DNA of 32,000 nucleotides from Geobacter sulfurreducens PCA (GCF_000007985.2 NC_002939.5:1320001-1352000), one strand, 5' to 3'. Shown: positions 8,137 through 16,296, counted from the stretch's first letter. Numbers and translations are program-made. The notes: generated by a model from the sequence alone, not told the origin.

Positions 8137-9092
8137 GTGCGCAGGTGCAGGACCTGACCCCCATCAAGGGAGTCACCTACTATTACCCACCCCACGACGC
8201 GGTGCTCGTCTTCAAGGACGGCGCGGCCGAGATTCCCTACGGCGGGCTGCCGGTCCCCCTTCTGGAGGAGGATTACGCCTCCCTCGACGGAGAGCCTTCC
8301 TATGATGCGGTCGGAAGGGGAGTCTACCAAACCCTGCGGACCAACCCGGACTGCATCCACTGTGCGGCCTATGCGACGCTGCTGCGGGACGCCTACCCTC
8401 ACTACCTGGCGGAGCTGGCCAGCCACGCTATCATGCTCGACAGCAAGGATGTGGAGGTTCCTTACATCGACCGGAAGATCGTCAGCCTCAAGGTCCTCTC
8501 CCTTCTCGAACCGGACAACGCGGGACTCCCTCTGGAGATCGGCCGTGCCTATCTCGACCGGGGGCTGCGGCTTTCGGCGCTCCACATGTCCACGGTCAGC
8601 ATCTATCGGGCCGAGCACTTCCTGCGGCGCGCCCTGGAACTGACGCCGGAAGACGGCAGAGCGCTCCGCCTGCTGGGGGAGGTCTGCTACCTGCTGGGGA
8701 AATACGAAGAGGCGGCCTCCTGCTGGCTCGATACCCTTGATCTGGCCGATGCCGATGAAGCGGAGCGTTTCAGGGTACGTCTTGCCCGGATCAGCGAGGG
8801 ACGGCTCCCCCTTATTGCCCCGGTGGATTACCTGGAAGCCATCGGAGCAGCATTTACCTGTTTTCACACCGGCGACTACGAGGAAGCCGTTGCCATTCTC
8901 CAGGACGTGCTCATGGACGGGATTTTCTGCGCCGAGTTTCCCATTGCCGACATCCATTGCGTCATCGGCAAGAGCTTCGTGCAGCTGGACATGCCGCGTT
9001 ATGCCGAAGAGTCGTTCCGCGCCGCGCTTCAGCTGGATCCGGCCCACGAGGAGTCGCTTGCCTGCCTCAGGAAGGTCACAGGGGAGGAGTAG
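8133..9092 (+). CDS. TPR-repeat protein
   Basis: The C-terminal half has TPR-like repeats (AEHFLRRALELTPEDGRALRLLGEVCYLLGKYEEAASCW; HTGDYEEAVAILQDVL; PRYAEESFRAALQLDPAHEESL). The start is coupled to the upstream stop through an ATGA overlap. Confidence 0.8.
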   Translation: MSAQVQDLTPIKGVTYYYPPHDAVLVFKDGAAEIPYGGLPVPLLEEDYASLDGEPSYDAVGRGVYQTLRTNPDCIHCAAYATLLRDAYPHYLAELASHAIMLDSKDVEVPYIDRKIVSLKVLSLLEPDNAGLPLEIGRAYLDRGLRLSALHMSTVSIYRAEHFLRRALELTPEDGRALRLLGEVCYLLGKYEEAASCWLDTLDLADADEAERFRVRLARISEGRLPLIAPVDYLEAIGAAFTCFHTGDYEEAVAILQDVLMDGIFCAEFPIADIHCVIGKSFVQLDMPRYAEESFRAALQLDPAHEESLACLRKVTGEE

Positions 9093-9095
9093 GAT

Positions 9096-9197
9096 ATGTT
9101 TGGCTTCAGTATTGCAGACTGGATCTTCATTGCGCTGGTCATGGCCACGATTTTCGCCTGTGTCGCCATTAGCGACATGCGCCGCCCGAAGCGCTGA
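9096..9197 (+). CDS. Candidate 33-aa small membrane protein (MFGFSIADWIFIALVMATIFACVAISDMRRPKR); not in the ORF track
   Basis: ATG lies 6 nt after a strong GGGGAGGAG. The product has one hydrophobic helix and a basic tail. Third-position GC is about 76% by hand count. It sits between two co-oriented genes. Confidence 0.45.
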   Translation: MFGFSIADWIFIALVMATIFACVAISDMRRPKR

Positions 9198-9233
9198 AGC
9201 GATTCAGTCGGATCACCTCGGAAAGGCCGCCAA

Positions 9234-9680
9234 ATGACCGAAGATCAGGAACTGGAAATGGACTCGCGCCCCCTCGGCCTCGTGTTGCTGACCGGGCTCT
9301 ATCTCTTTTTCTTTATCGTTACGGCCACCAGTTACGGTAATCCCTTCCCCTTTCTGGGGCGGATATATGTGGGAACGGCGGCCAAGGCAATCGTGTTCGT
9401 CGACAGCCTCATCTGTCTCTATCTTTTTCTGGGTATCTACAAGAGACAGCTGCTGACTTGGTATTGCCTGATCGGCTACAACCTCTTCGAGGTGGTGAAC
9501 ACCATCATCAACCTGAACATGATTACCACCGCCGAACTGGAACGGATCATTGGAGAGCCGATCGACAAGGAAGCCCTGGTGGTCAACAACATCGCCAGCG
9601 CGTTGGCCATCCTGCTGTTGACGCAGTATATCTACCGGCACCGCGCGTTTTTCACCAACCGGCGCCACTATCTTTTTTAA
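9234..9680 (+). CDS. Hypothetical integral membrane protein (about 4 predicted TM helices)
   Basis: 148-aa ORF with hydrophobic segments (LGLVLLTGLYLFFFIV, AIVFVDSLICLYLFLGI, WYCLIGYNLF, IASALAILLLTQYI). No family recognised. Confidence 0.7.
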   Translation: MTEDQELEMDSRPLGLVLLTGLYLFFFIVTATSYGNPFPFLGRIYVGTAAKAIVFVDSLICLYLFLGIYKRQLLTWYCLIGYNLFEVVNTIINLNMITTAELERIIGEPIDKEALVVNNIASALAILLLTQYIYRHRAFFTNRRHYLF

Positions 9681-9746
9681 TGTGAGCGCGAAGCGGCCCT
9701 GAACACCACTGTTGAGGCGTGACCGCGCCTCTGGTATCATTGGCGG

Positions 9747-9784
9747 CCACTATCGCGCGAGGAATAGTACCGTGGTTTTTGTTT
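9747..9784 (+). terminator. Weak terminator-like element after the deacetylase operon
   Basis: Imperfect hairpin (CCAC-TAT...ATA-gtacc-GTGG) followed by TTTTTGTTT. The stem is poor. Confidence 0.3.
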
Positions 9785-9789
9785 CCCAG

Positions 9790-10650
9790 ATGGATTCGGC
9801 ACACGATGGCGAAGGGCTCTTTCATAAACTGATGCACGGTCTTGCCCCTTCCTTTTTCCACAAGGAGGGGTGCGACTGTCGGGTTGACCTGACCGATACC
9901 CGCGGGGTTTCCATCAGGATCGAGAATCTCAACAAGTATTTCGGCGAAAAGCATGTCCTGAAGGATGTCAATCTGGCCATCAATGCGGGCGAGACCTTCT
10001 GCATCATCGGACCGTCGGGAACCGGCAAGAGCGTTCTCCTGCGTCATATCGTCAAGCTGGATCGTCCCGACAGCGGAGAGATCTTCATCGACGGCCATCC
10101 GGTCTTCGTCAACGCGGGGAAGGATACGCCGAGCGACTACCGCTACAGCATGGTGTTCCAGTCGTCGGCTTTGTTCAACTCCCTGACCGTGGGCGAGAAC
10201 GTGGGGCTCTGGCTGCGCGAGAAGCGGATCTGCAAGGAACATCGCATCCGGGAGATCATCCGCGAGAAGCTGGCCATGGTGGGCTTGGAGAATACCGAGC
10301 AGCTCAAGACGTCGGAACTGTCGGGGGGCATGAAGAAGCGGGTTGCCATTGCCCGGTCCCTGGCCATGAACCCCGATCTCATACTGTATGACGAACCGAC
10401 GGCGGAGTTGGATCCCGTGACCACCGACGAACTGGCGAATACCATCCTGAAGCTCAAGGAGACGACGAAGAACACCACCATAATCGTGACTCACGACCTG
10501 AACTTCGCCCTCTATGTCTCGGACCGCATCGCCATGATGCACGACGGGCGGATCGTCGATGTCGGCACCCCAACGGAGATCAAGGCAAGTCAAAACCCGA
10601 TTGTGAGGGGGTTCATCTACACGACCACCAAGGGGATCAAGGGCGAATGA
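9790..10650 (+). CDS. ABC transporter ATP-binding protein, MlaF/Ttg2A-like; no permease gene adjacent
   Basis: Contains IRIENLNKYFGEKHVLKDVNLAINAGETFCIIGPSGTGKSVLL, LSGGMKKRVAIARSLA and LILYDEPTAELDP. The start is uncertain (listed 9712, ATG 9790 or ATG 9832). I chose 9790 because it lies past the terminator-like element. Confidence 0.85.
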   Translation: MDSAHDGEGLFHKLMHGLAPSFFHKEGCDCRVDLTDTRGVSIRIENLNKYFGEKHVLKDVNLAINAGETFCIIGPSGTGKSVLLRHIVKLDRPDSGEIFIDGHPVFVNAGKDTPSDYRYSMVFQSSALFNSLTVGENVGLWLREKRICKEHRIREIIREKLAMVGLENTEQLKTSELSGGMKKRVAIARSLAMNPDLILYDEPTAELDPVTTDELANTILKLKETTKNTTIIVTHDLNFALYVSDRIAMMHDGRIVDVGTPTEIKASQNPIVRGFIYTTTKGIKGE

Positions 10651-10692
10651 CCGCGTGACCGCGTCAGGTGTTCTGCCCACAGGGGAAGATCC

Positions 10693-11706
10693 ATGAGAGG
10701 ATACGGAAAAGCGTTTGTTGCACTGAGTGTCTCACTGGTCGTCGGCGTCTCGCTTCTCGCGGGCTGCGCGGCGCTCAAGCAGGACCGTCCGCTCCTGCCG
10801 GTCAGGGAGTATGAACGGATGATCGTTGGGCGTCTCGATGCGGAGTACGTGGGGACCGACAACTGTGTGGCCCGTTGCCACAAGCATGAAAAGATAACCG
10901 ACGATTTCCGCCATAGCGTCCACGGCGAGCAGATCCGCCCCGAAACAGGCCTCCCCCTGGTTAACTGCGAATCATGCCACGGGCCGGGAAGCCTGGCCAT
11001 CGAGAAGGTCGGGGAAGATGTGGCGTACAACGACGAACACAAAGTCAAGTGCGACACCGGCAAGCTCCTCGACATCAAAAATCTGCATACCCCCGCTCAA
11101 TCGCTCATCTGCCTCAAATGTCATACCGCCGCATCAACGCCGAGTCTTGCCCACTGGAACACCGGTGTTCATGCCTTGAACGACGTCGGCTGCTTCGACT
11201 GCCACAAGCTTCACCAGGGCTCCCAGCAGAAGGTGAGCCGGGAGGAGATGGCGGAGATGTGCTACAGCTGCCATCCCCAGGTGAAGGCCGAAGCCCAGCT
11301 CTTTTCACACCATCCGCTCCGGGAGAGGAAAATGGCGTGCACCGACTGTCATGAGCCCCATGGTTCCACCCAGGAGCACCTTCTGCGGGGCAACACGGTC
11401 AAGGAGATGTGTACCCGCTGCCACATGGACAAACAGGGCCCCTTTGCCTTCGAGCATGGCGACGTGACCGAGAACTGCTCCACCTGCCACACTCCCCACG
11501 GCTCGGTCAGCAACCACCTCCTGAACGCGGCGATGCCGTTCCTGTGCCTCCAGTGCCATTCGGGCCATTTCTACACCCTCGACGCGGACCCGGCGACTGC
11601 GTCCCAGAACAGGCGGCTTTTCGCCAACCGCTGTACCGACTGCCATTCACAGATTCACGGAACCGATATGCCTTCCGCCGAAGGGCGTGCCTGGTTCCTG
11701 CAGTGA
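10693..11706 (+). CDS. Decaheme c-type cytochrome, MtrA/DmsE/PioA family, with a lipoprotein signal peptide
   Basis: Ten CXXCH motifs: CVARCH, CESCH, CLKCH, CFDCH, CYSCH, CTDCH, CTRCH, CSTCH, CLQCH, CTDCH. Blocks resemble MtrA as I recall it (CESCHGP; SHHPL...CTDCHEPHGS; GPFAFEHGDVTENCSTCHTPHGSV...CLQCH; CTDCHSQIHG). The N-terminus is MRGYGKAFVALSVSLVVGVSLLAGC, with lipobox LAGC. Confidence 0.95.
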   Translation: MRGYGKAFVALSVSLVVGVSLLAGCAALKQDRPLLPVREYERMIVGRLDAEYVGTDNCVARCHKHEKITDDFRHSVHGEQIRPETGLPLVNCESCHGPGSLAIEKVGEDVAYNDEHKVKCDTGKLLDIKNLHTPAQSLICLKCHTAASTPSLAHWNTGVHALNDVGCFDCHKLHQGSQQKVSREEMAEMCYSCHPQVKAEAQLFSHHPLRERKMACTDCHEPHGSTQEHLLRGNTVKEMCTRCHMDKQGPFAFEHGDVTENCSTCHTPHGSVSNHLLNAAMPFLCLQCHSGHFYTLDADPATASQNRRLFANRCTDCHSQIHGTDMPSAEGRAWFLQ

Positions 11707-11737
11707 GTTGCCGACAACTGTGCCAAGGAGTCGACCC

Positions 11738-13849
11738 GTGAAGGAACTCATGAGGCTAAGAGCAAAGCTGGCGCTGGCATTTGTGTTGCTTGCGGCGGCA
11801 ATTCCGGCCGGTGCCGGATGCGAGGAGCTTGTTGCGGCGGCAGAGCCGGAGGATCTCTCCTATGTGTCCGTTGTTCCGCAGGAGAGTGTCACGGAAGAAG
11901 GTGAGTACGTCGAAGTACCCCTTGAGGAGGTTAACGTCCGCACGCGGCAAATTGTCGATCTTTCCGCCGGCTACCGGTTTGTCGATGTCAGCCGTGATGG
12001 GAGCCGGGCCGCTGAATACGATCGTCTCCGGTCGAGCGGGGCGGGGCGGTTCACCGTCGGTTCCGTGGGCAGGGATCTCAAGCTGGTTGTTGAGGGCGAA
12101 TACCTCAATACCAAGGACTACAACGCGTCACTGCTGTTTGACTACAAGGGGTATTATCGGCTGAATCTCCGAACTGAGGCGCTCTATCACAACCTTGACC
12201 ACGAAGCGCCACACGTTCCCATTGCGGCCGACCTGAACCCGACTGACGAGTACGGCATGTACGTGCGGCAGGACAGCATCAATTTCCGCTATAAGTTCCA
12301 CGACTACCCCATTCACCTCAATATCGGCCACTGGATGCTGGTACGCGACGGCTACTCTCAGCTTCGCTTTTCCGATTACGGCTTCGACGAGTCGCCCAAC
12401 CCGGCCGACCTGGACGCGAACAACCAGGACCGGCGCAACAGGCTCCTGTTTCAGAGCCGTCCCGTCAAGAACCACACCCAGGAGGGAACCATCGGCTTTG
12501 ACGCCCATCTGGGACCGGTCAATATCCTCTACACCTTCCTGATCAGGCAGCTGGACGACGGCATCGCGCCGCCCGGCTTCCAGTTTGCGCCCCGCTATGA
12601 CGAAAACGGCGACCTGCTCCGCAGCGCCGGGCTTCTCCAACACAACACGACACCGGAGAGCCGTTACTACTCCCATACCGCCAAGCTCTATACATCGCTT
12701 ACGGGGGGGATCATCGGATCCGCCTCCTATTCATACGGGAAAAGGGATAACCAGTCGTCGCTCACGACCGTGGCCGGAGCCGACCAGACCTCCAATACAC
12801 TGCAGAATGTGGCCGGAGATTTCGTCTATACCCCTTGCCAGTGGTTTTCGTTTTCGACTAAGTACCGGCACCAGGAGATCGACCGGGATGCGCCGTCCGT
12901 CGTCCAGGTGCCCTCGCTGTCGAACCCGGTTGTGAGTGTTCGCTCGGGCATGGATACGCGGCGCGATGTGATCTCGGTCAACTTTTCCCTCCGTCCGAAC
13001 ACCATCCTGACCTTCAATGGCGAGTATCGGGGTGACTTCCAGCAACGCTCGAACACCGGCACGGACGTTGACCGCTGGCGTCTGCCCGATACCACATCCT
13101 CAAACCGCGGCACAATGACCCTGCTGTATCGCCCGTTCAAGGGGATGCGCCTGCGGGCGCTGTACGCCTACACGGCCACCGACAGTCCGTCGTACGGCAC
13201 CGAGGCTGAAAACCGCCATGAGGGGAACATCCTGGCCTCCTATACCATGGCCGGGCGGTGGGGAGTCACCGCCAGCTACAAGATCGTCCGTGAAAACAAT
13301 GACCACATCACGCAGGACGTCACCACCTTCGACGATCCGCCGTTGCATGGAACCTTGACACTGCCTCGCGACCGCCGTTCGGTTCACGGCGCGGCGAGTG
13401 TCTGGTTCGCTCCCCTTGAGGCCCTCATGGTGAGCGTCAGTGCCGGATATCTCCGGGACCACTCCGATCAGGCAATCCTCCTGTCCCGCTTTCTCCTCGG
13501 AGGCTACGCAGGGACCAAGTACACATCCGAGGCGCAGATTATATCGTTGAACGCATCCTATCGGTTCACGGAGTTGGTCGATCTTTCACTGGCACTCCAG
13601 CAGGTGCGTTCGCTTTCCGATTTCAAACCCGAAGATACCACGGCCGACGGGATATCAACCTTTCTGATCAGGGACGTGTCGCAAGCGAAGACCATCGAGA
13701 ACTCGCTCTCCGCGCGGGTCAACTACCATCTCTCGCGACTGGTTTCCTGCGGCCTCGATTATTCCTATCGGGATTACGACAATAAGCTGTCTTCCCTGTA
13801 CGAAGGGAACGTGCATCAGGTAACCGCCCTTGTGAGGGCGAAGTGGTAG
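11738..13849 (+). CDS. Outer-membrane beta-barrel protein, MtrB/PioB-like (decaheme-associated porin)
   Basis: About 700 aa, immediately downstream of the decaheme gene. GTG at 11738 lies 7 nt after AAGGAG (ATG at 11750 is an alternative). It has a signal peptide (LALAFVLLAAAIPAGAGC), alternating hydrophobic beta-strand patterns rich in Y/R/D/N, and a C-terminal ...ALVRAKW aromatic terminus typical of OMPs. The family call rests on size and context. Confidence 0.75.
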   Translation: MKELMRLRAKLALAFVLLAAAIPAGAGCEELVAAAEPEDLSYVSVVPQESVTEEGEYVEVPLEEVNVRTRQIVDLSAGYRFVDVSRDGSRAAEYDRLRSSGAGRFTVGSVGRDLKLVVEGEYLNTKDYNASLLFDYKGYYRLNLRTEALYHNLDHEAPHVPIAADLNPTDEYGMYVRQDSINFRYKFHDYPIHLNIGHWMLVRDGYSQLRFSDYGFDESPNPADLDANNQDRRNRLLFQSRPVKNHTQEGTIGFDAHLGPVNILYTFLIRQLDDGIAPPGFQFAPRYDENGDLLRSAGLLQHNTTPESRYYSHTAKLYTSLTGGIIGSASYSYGKRDNQSSLTTVAGADQTSNTLQNVAGDFVYTPCQWFSFSTKYRHQEIDRDAPSVVQVPSLSNPVVSVRSGMDTRRDVISVNFSLRPNTILTFNGEYRGDFQQRSNTGTDVDRWRLPDTTSSNRGTMTLLYRPFKGMRLRALYAYTATDSPSYGTEAENRHEGNILASYTMAGRWGVTASYKIVRENNDHITQDVTTFDDPPLHGTLTLPRDRRSVHGAASVWFAPLEALMVSVSAGYLRDHSDQAILLSRFLLGGYAGTKYTSEAQIISLNASYRFTELVDLSLALQQVRSLSDFKPEDTTADGISTFLIRDVSQAKTIENSLSARVNYHLSRLVSCGLDYSYRDYDNKLSSLYEGNVHQVTALVRAKW

Positions 13850-13870
13850 CGGGATGACCGGAACCGAGTA

Positions 13871-14833
13871 ATGGCGCTCAAAAAACTCTTCATAGCACTC
13901 ACGTGCATGCTCTGCCTCTGCTGCGGCGCGTCGTCGGCGTCTGCGGCGGGCAAGCTGGTGGCTGCCGTGCTCACCAGCGATATGGAGCGTTACCGTGATG
14001 CGTACCGTTCGTTCCTCAAGGCTCTGGCGGCGAAAGGGTATGAGGAGGGGGCCGTGGAGGTGGTGACGCAGACGCCCAACCCTGACCCCATCTCCTGGGC
14101 GAACAGTGTGCGGAAATTCGATGCCATCAAGCCCGACCTGCTCGTGACGTTCGGTGCTCCCGTCACCCTTGCCGCAAAGCAGGAAACCAGCGGTATTCCC
14201 GTTGTGTTCGTGGACGTCTACGGGCCGGTCGAAACCGGCATCTCGCGCAGCATGTCCCAGGCGGGGGGAAGCCTCTGCGGAGTCAGCTCCAAGGTCCCCG
14301 TAGCAACGCTCATCAAGGCCATGGGCGATATCCGGCCCATCAGGACTCTGGGCGTCCTCTACAATACCCGGGAAGCCGGCTCAATCCTTCAGCTCAAGGA
14401 GGTCAAGCGCGTGGCGGCCCAGCAGGGGTTCGCGGTTGTCGAGGCGAATGTATCGTCCGCTGCGGGGCTCGATACGGCGCTTACCTATCTGCTCGGCCGC
14501 GCTGACTGCCTCTTCGTCTCCGAGAGTTCGGTGATCGGCAGAGGTTTCGACCGCATCGTCAGGAAGGCTACCGACGCACGTGTGGCGGTCATCTCACTTA
14601 CGCCCGGCTCTTCCGAGCGGGGGGCGCTGGTTTCCCTCGAGATCAGCCCGACCGAGCAGGGGCAACTGGCGGCGGATTACGCATCCAAGATCCTTTCCGG
14701 CCGAAAACCGGGAGAGTTACCCGTCTACACACCACGTAAGGTTGACCTGGTGCTCAACATGGGAGTTGCCAGAACGCTGGATCTCCATGTACCATTCAAA
14801 GCATTGAGCGCCGCCACACGAGTGATCAAGTAG
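13871..14833 (+). CDS. Periplasmic substrate-binding protein, ABC_sub_bind/COG2984-like
   Basis: Signal peptide MALKKLFIALTCMLCLCCGASSASAAG. The body alternates alpha/beta in a type I periplasmic-binding-protein-like manner (VLYNTREAGSILQLKEVKRVAAQQGF..., PVYTPRKVDLVLNMGVARTLDLHVP). The family was recognised from memory. Confidence 0.7.
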   Translation: MALKKLFIALTCMLCLCCGASSASAAGKLVAAVLTSDMERYRDAYRSFLKALAAKGYEEGAVEVVTQTPNPDPISWANSVRKFDAIKPDLLVTFGAPVTLAAKQETSGIPVVFVDVYGPVETGISRSMSQAGGSLCGVSSKVPVATLIKAMGDIRPIRTLGVLYNTREAGSILQLKEVKRVAAQQGFAVVEANVSSAAGLDTALTYLLGRADCLFVSESSVIGRGFDRIVRKATDARVAVISLTPGSSERGALVSLEISPTEQGQLAADYASKILSGRKPGELPVYTPRKVDLVLNMGVARTLDLHVPFKALSAATRVIK

Positions 14834-14866
14834 GGAGCGGCCGCGGCACTCCCTTTGAGGTAGTTG

Positions 14867-15262
14867 ATGGGAAATATCCTGATCGTTGATGATGACAGAT
14901 CGTTTTCGCAGTTTCTGAAAAAGTACATTCGTCAGTGCTTTCCCGCGCTGCGCGTGCATACCTGCTCGGACCCCGTCCGGGCCCTCGGACTCATCAGGAA
15001 GGGAGATGTGGATCTCCTCCTCGTGGATTACGAGATGCCTGTCATGGATGGGGAAAAGGTGGTTCGCTATGCCTGCCAGGTGGGCATGGACCGTAACAGG
15101 ATCATCGTCCTGTCGAGTCGTGATGTGGACTATCTGCACCAGCACTTTCCCCTGGGAACCTGCCTGGCGGTCATGAACAAGTATGAGGCCGGCCAGAAAG
15201 CAGTGCTCGACATGGTATTGGGGTCACTGCAGCGCAAGACGTCGGAAGCGGTATGCGGGTAA
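14867..15262 (+). CDS. Stand-alone response-regulator receiver protein (CheY-like)
   Basis: Contains ILIVDDD, LLLVDYEMPVMDG (phosphoacceptor Asp), VLSS and MNK. ATG lies 6 nt after GAGG. No output domain. Confidence 0.85.
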   Translation: MGNILIVDDDRSFSQFLKKYIRQCFPALRVHTCSDPVRALGLIRKGDVDLLLVDYEMPVMDGEKVVRYACQVGMDRNRIIVLSSRDVDYLHQHFPLGTCLAVMNKYEAGQKAVLDMVLGSLQRKTSEAVCG

Positions 15263-15278
15263 CGAAGGAGGCCATGGG

Positions 15279-15671
15279 ATGGCTGGCAAGGAGATAACGG
15301 TTACTTTCTATCGGCAGAACCACGTGCGGGACAACTGGAAGGTCGATTTGCAGGGGGCCGAGTCGCAACGTTTTTTCGGCACGCTGGCCGACGATCTCTC
15401 CCGCAGCGGGGTTATCCTCAAGCAGGCAGTCAACGACGGTTTCACCATCGACATCAACAGTTACGGCGACCTGCTCAACTCGATCCGGATTTCGTCGCCG
15501 ACCGACGGTTTCGCCAACGTGTGTATTGGCCACGTCATCGGTCAGAGCCCGAATCTCGACCTGCTGGACGATATCAGGCGCGCCGTGACGCGCATAGCTT
15601 TTGCCCCGGAAACCGTCCCTCCCGAGGACCATAACCGCAAGGTCTGCCACAACTGCGGCTGCGGCTGCTGA
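15279..15671 (+). CDS. Hypothetical 130-aa protein with a C-terminal Cys cluster (CHNCGCGC)
   Basis: ATG lies 7 nt after GAAGGAGG, 17 nt past the receiver gene stop. No signal peptide. The last 8 residues contain 4 Cys and 1 His. No family recognised. The listed ORF start at 15183 overlaps the receiver gene and was rejected. Confidence 0.7.
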   Translation: MAGKEITVTFYRQNHVRDNWKVDLQGAESQRFFGTLADDLSRSGVILKQAVNDGFTIDINSYGDLLNSIRISSPTDGFANVCIGHVIGQSPNLDLLDDIRRAVTRIAFAPETVPPEDHNRKVCHNCGCGC

Positions 15672-15681
15672 TTCAGCCCTT

Positions 15682-16167
15682 TCAGGGAAGCACGGCAGGG
15701 AGGATTTCCGCCGTGATGGAGCCGTCGGTAAGGGTTACAACGGCATAGGTAAGGTTGCCGGCTCCCCGCTTCAGGCAGCCCGGATTGACGTAGAGGATGC
15801 CGTCGGTTGTTTCGATGCAGGCAACGTGGGTATGTCCGAAGAGGACCACTGCCGCGTCAACGGCGGCGGCCCGTTCCCGGAGCCGTTCAAGGCCCGACTT
15901 GACGTGGTAGATGTCTCCATGGGTCAGAAGAAAGCGCCGGCCGGCCAGTTCCAGCGACACCTCGCGGGGGTGGGCGGGGGAGCAGTCGCAGTTGCCTTGG
16001 ACTTTGATGATGGTTTTTCCCGTGGCATCCTCAAGGAAGTCGGCATCCTGAAGTTCGTCGCCCAGATGAACGACGTGGCCGGCATCTTCGTGCAGGTCGA
16101 GGATACTCAGTGCCAGGCGCTGATTGCCGTGGGTATCGGAGAGGACCACGATTTTCATAGTATTCAT
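15682..16167 (-). CDS. Metallophosphoesterase, YfcE/MJ0936 family
   Basis: Contains MKIVVLSDTHGN, HLGD, GNCD, LTHGD and FGHTH, the classic calcineurin-like phosphoesterase motifs. Confidence 0.9.
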   Translation of the reverse strand: MNTMKIVVLSDTHGNQRLALSILDLHEDAGHVVHLGDELQDADFLEDATGKTIIKVQGNCDCSPAHPREVSLELAGRRFLLTHGDIYHVKSGLERLRERAAAVDAAVVLFGHTHVACIETTDGILYVNPGCLKRGAGNLTYAVVTLTDGSITAEILPAVLP

Positions 16168-16296
16168 TCTAGCAGAGCGCCGCTGAATGCCTCAACAGGA
16201 ATAGTGGGAACACGCGCCCATGGTGAAGCGCTTACGCAGTGATCCCGGCAACCGACGCCAGTTTCTCCGGCTCGGTGCTGGCCCGACGGACCATTC

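Noticed and set aside
8043-9047. 334-aa minus-strand ORF
   Set aside because: Antisense to the TPR gene and to the 3' end of the 289-aa gene. The + strand genes are supported by translational coupling and repeat motifs.
9862-9870. Strong SD-like AAGGAGGGG inside the ABC ATPase ORF, considered as the true RBS
   Set aside because: No in-frame ATG, GTG or TTG follows within 5-12 nt. The only GTG is out of frame. The motif simply encodes K-E-G.
9652-10680. 342-aa minus-strand ORF
   Set aside because: Antisense to the ABC ATPase gene, which has Walker A, signature and Walker B motifs.
14845-14858. GGCAC-N5-TTGA, a sigma54-like motif before the stand-alone receiver gene
   Set aside because: The -12 element is GA rather than GC, and the predicted transcription start would fall at or after the ATG (14867). 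It overlaps a GC hairpin containing a NotI-type palindrome and is probably coincidental.
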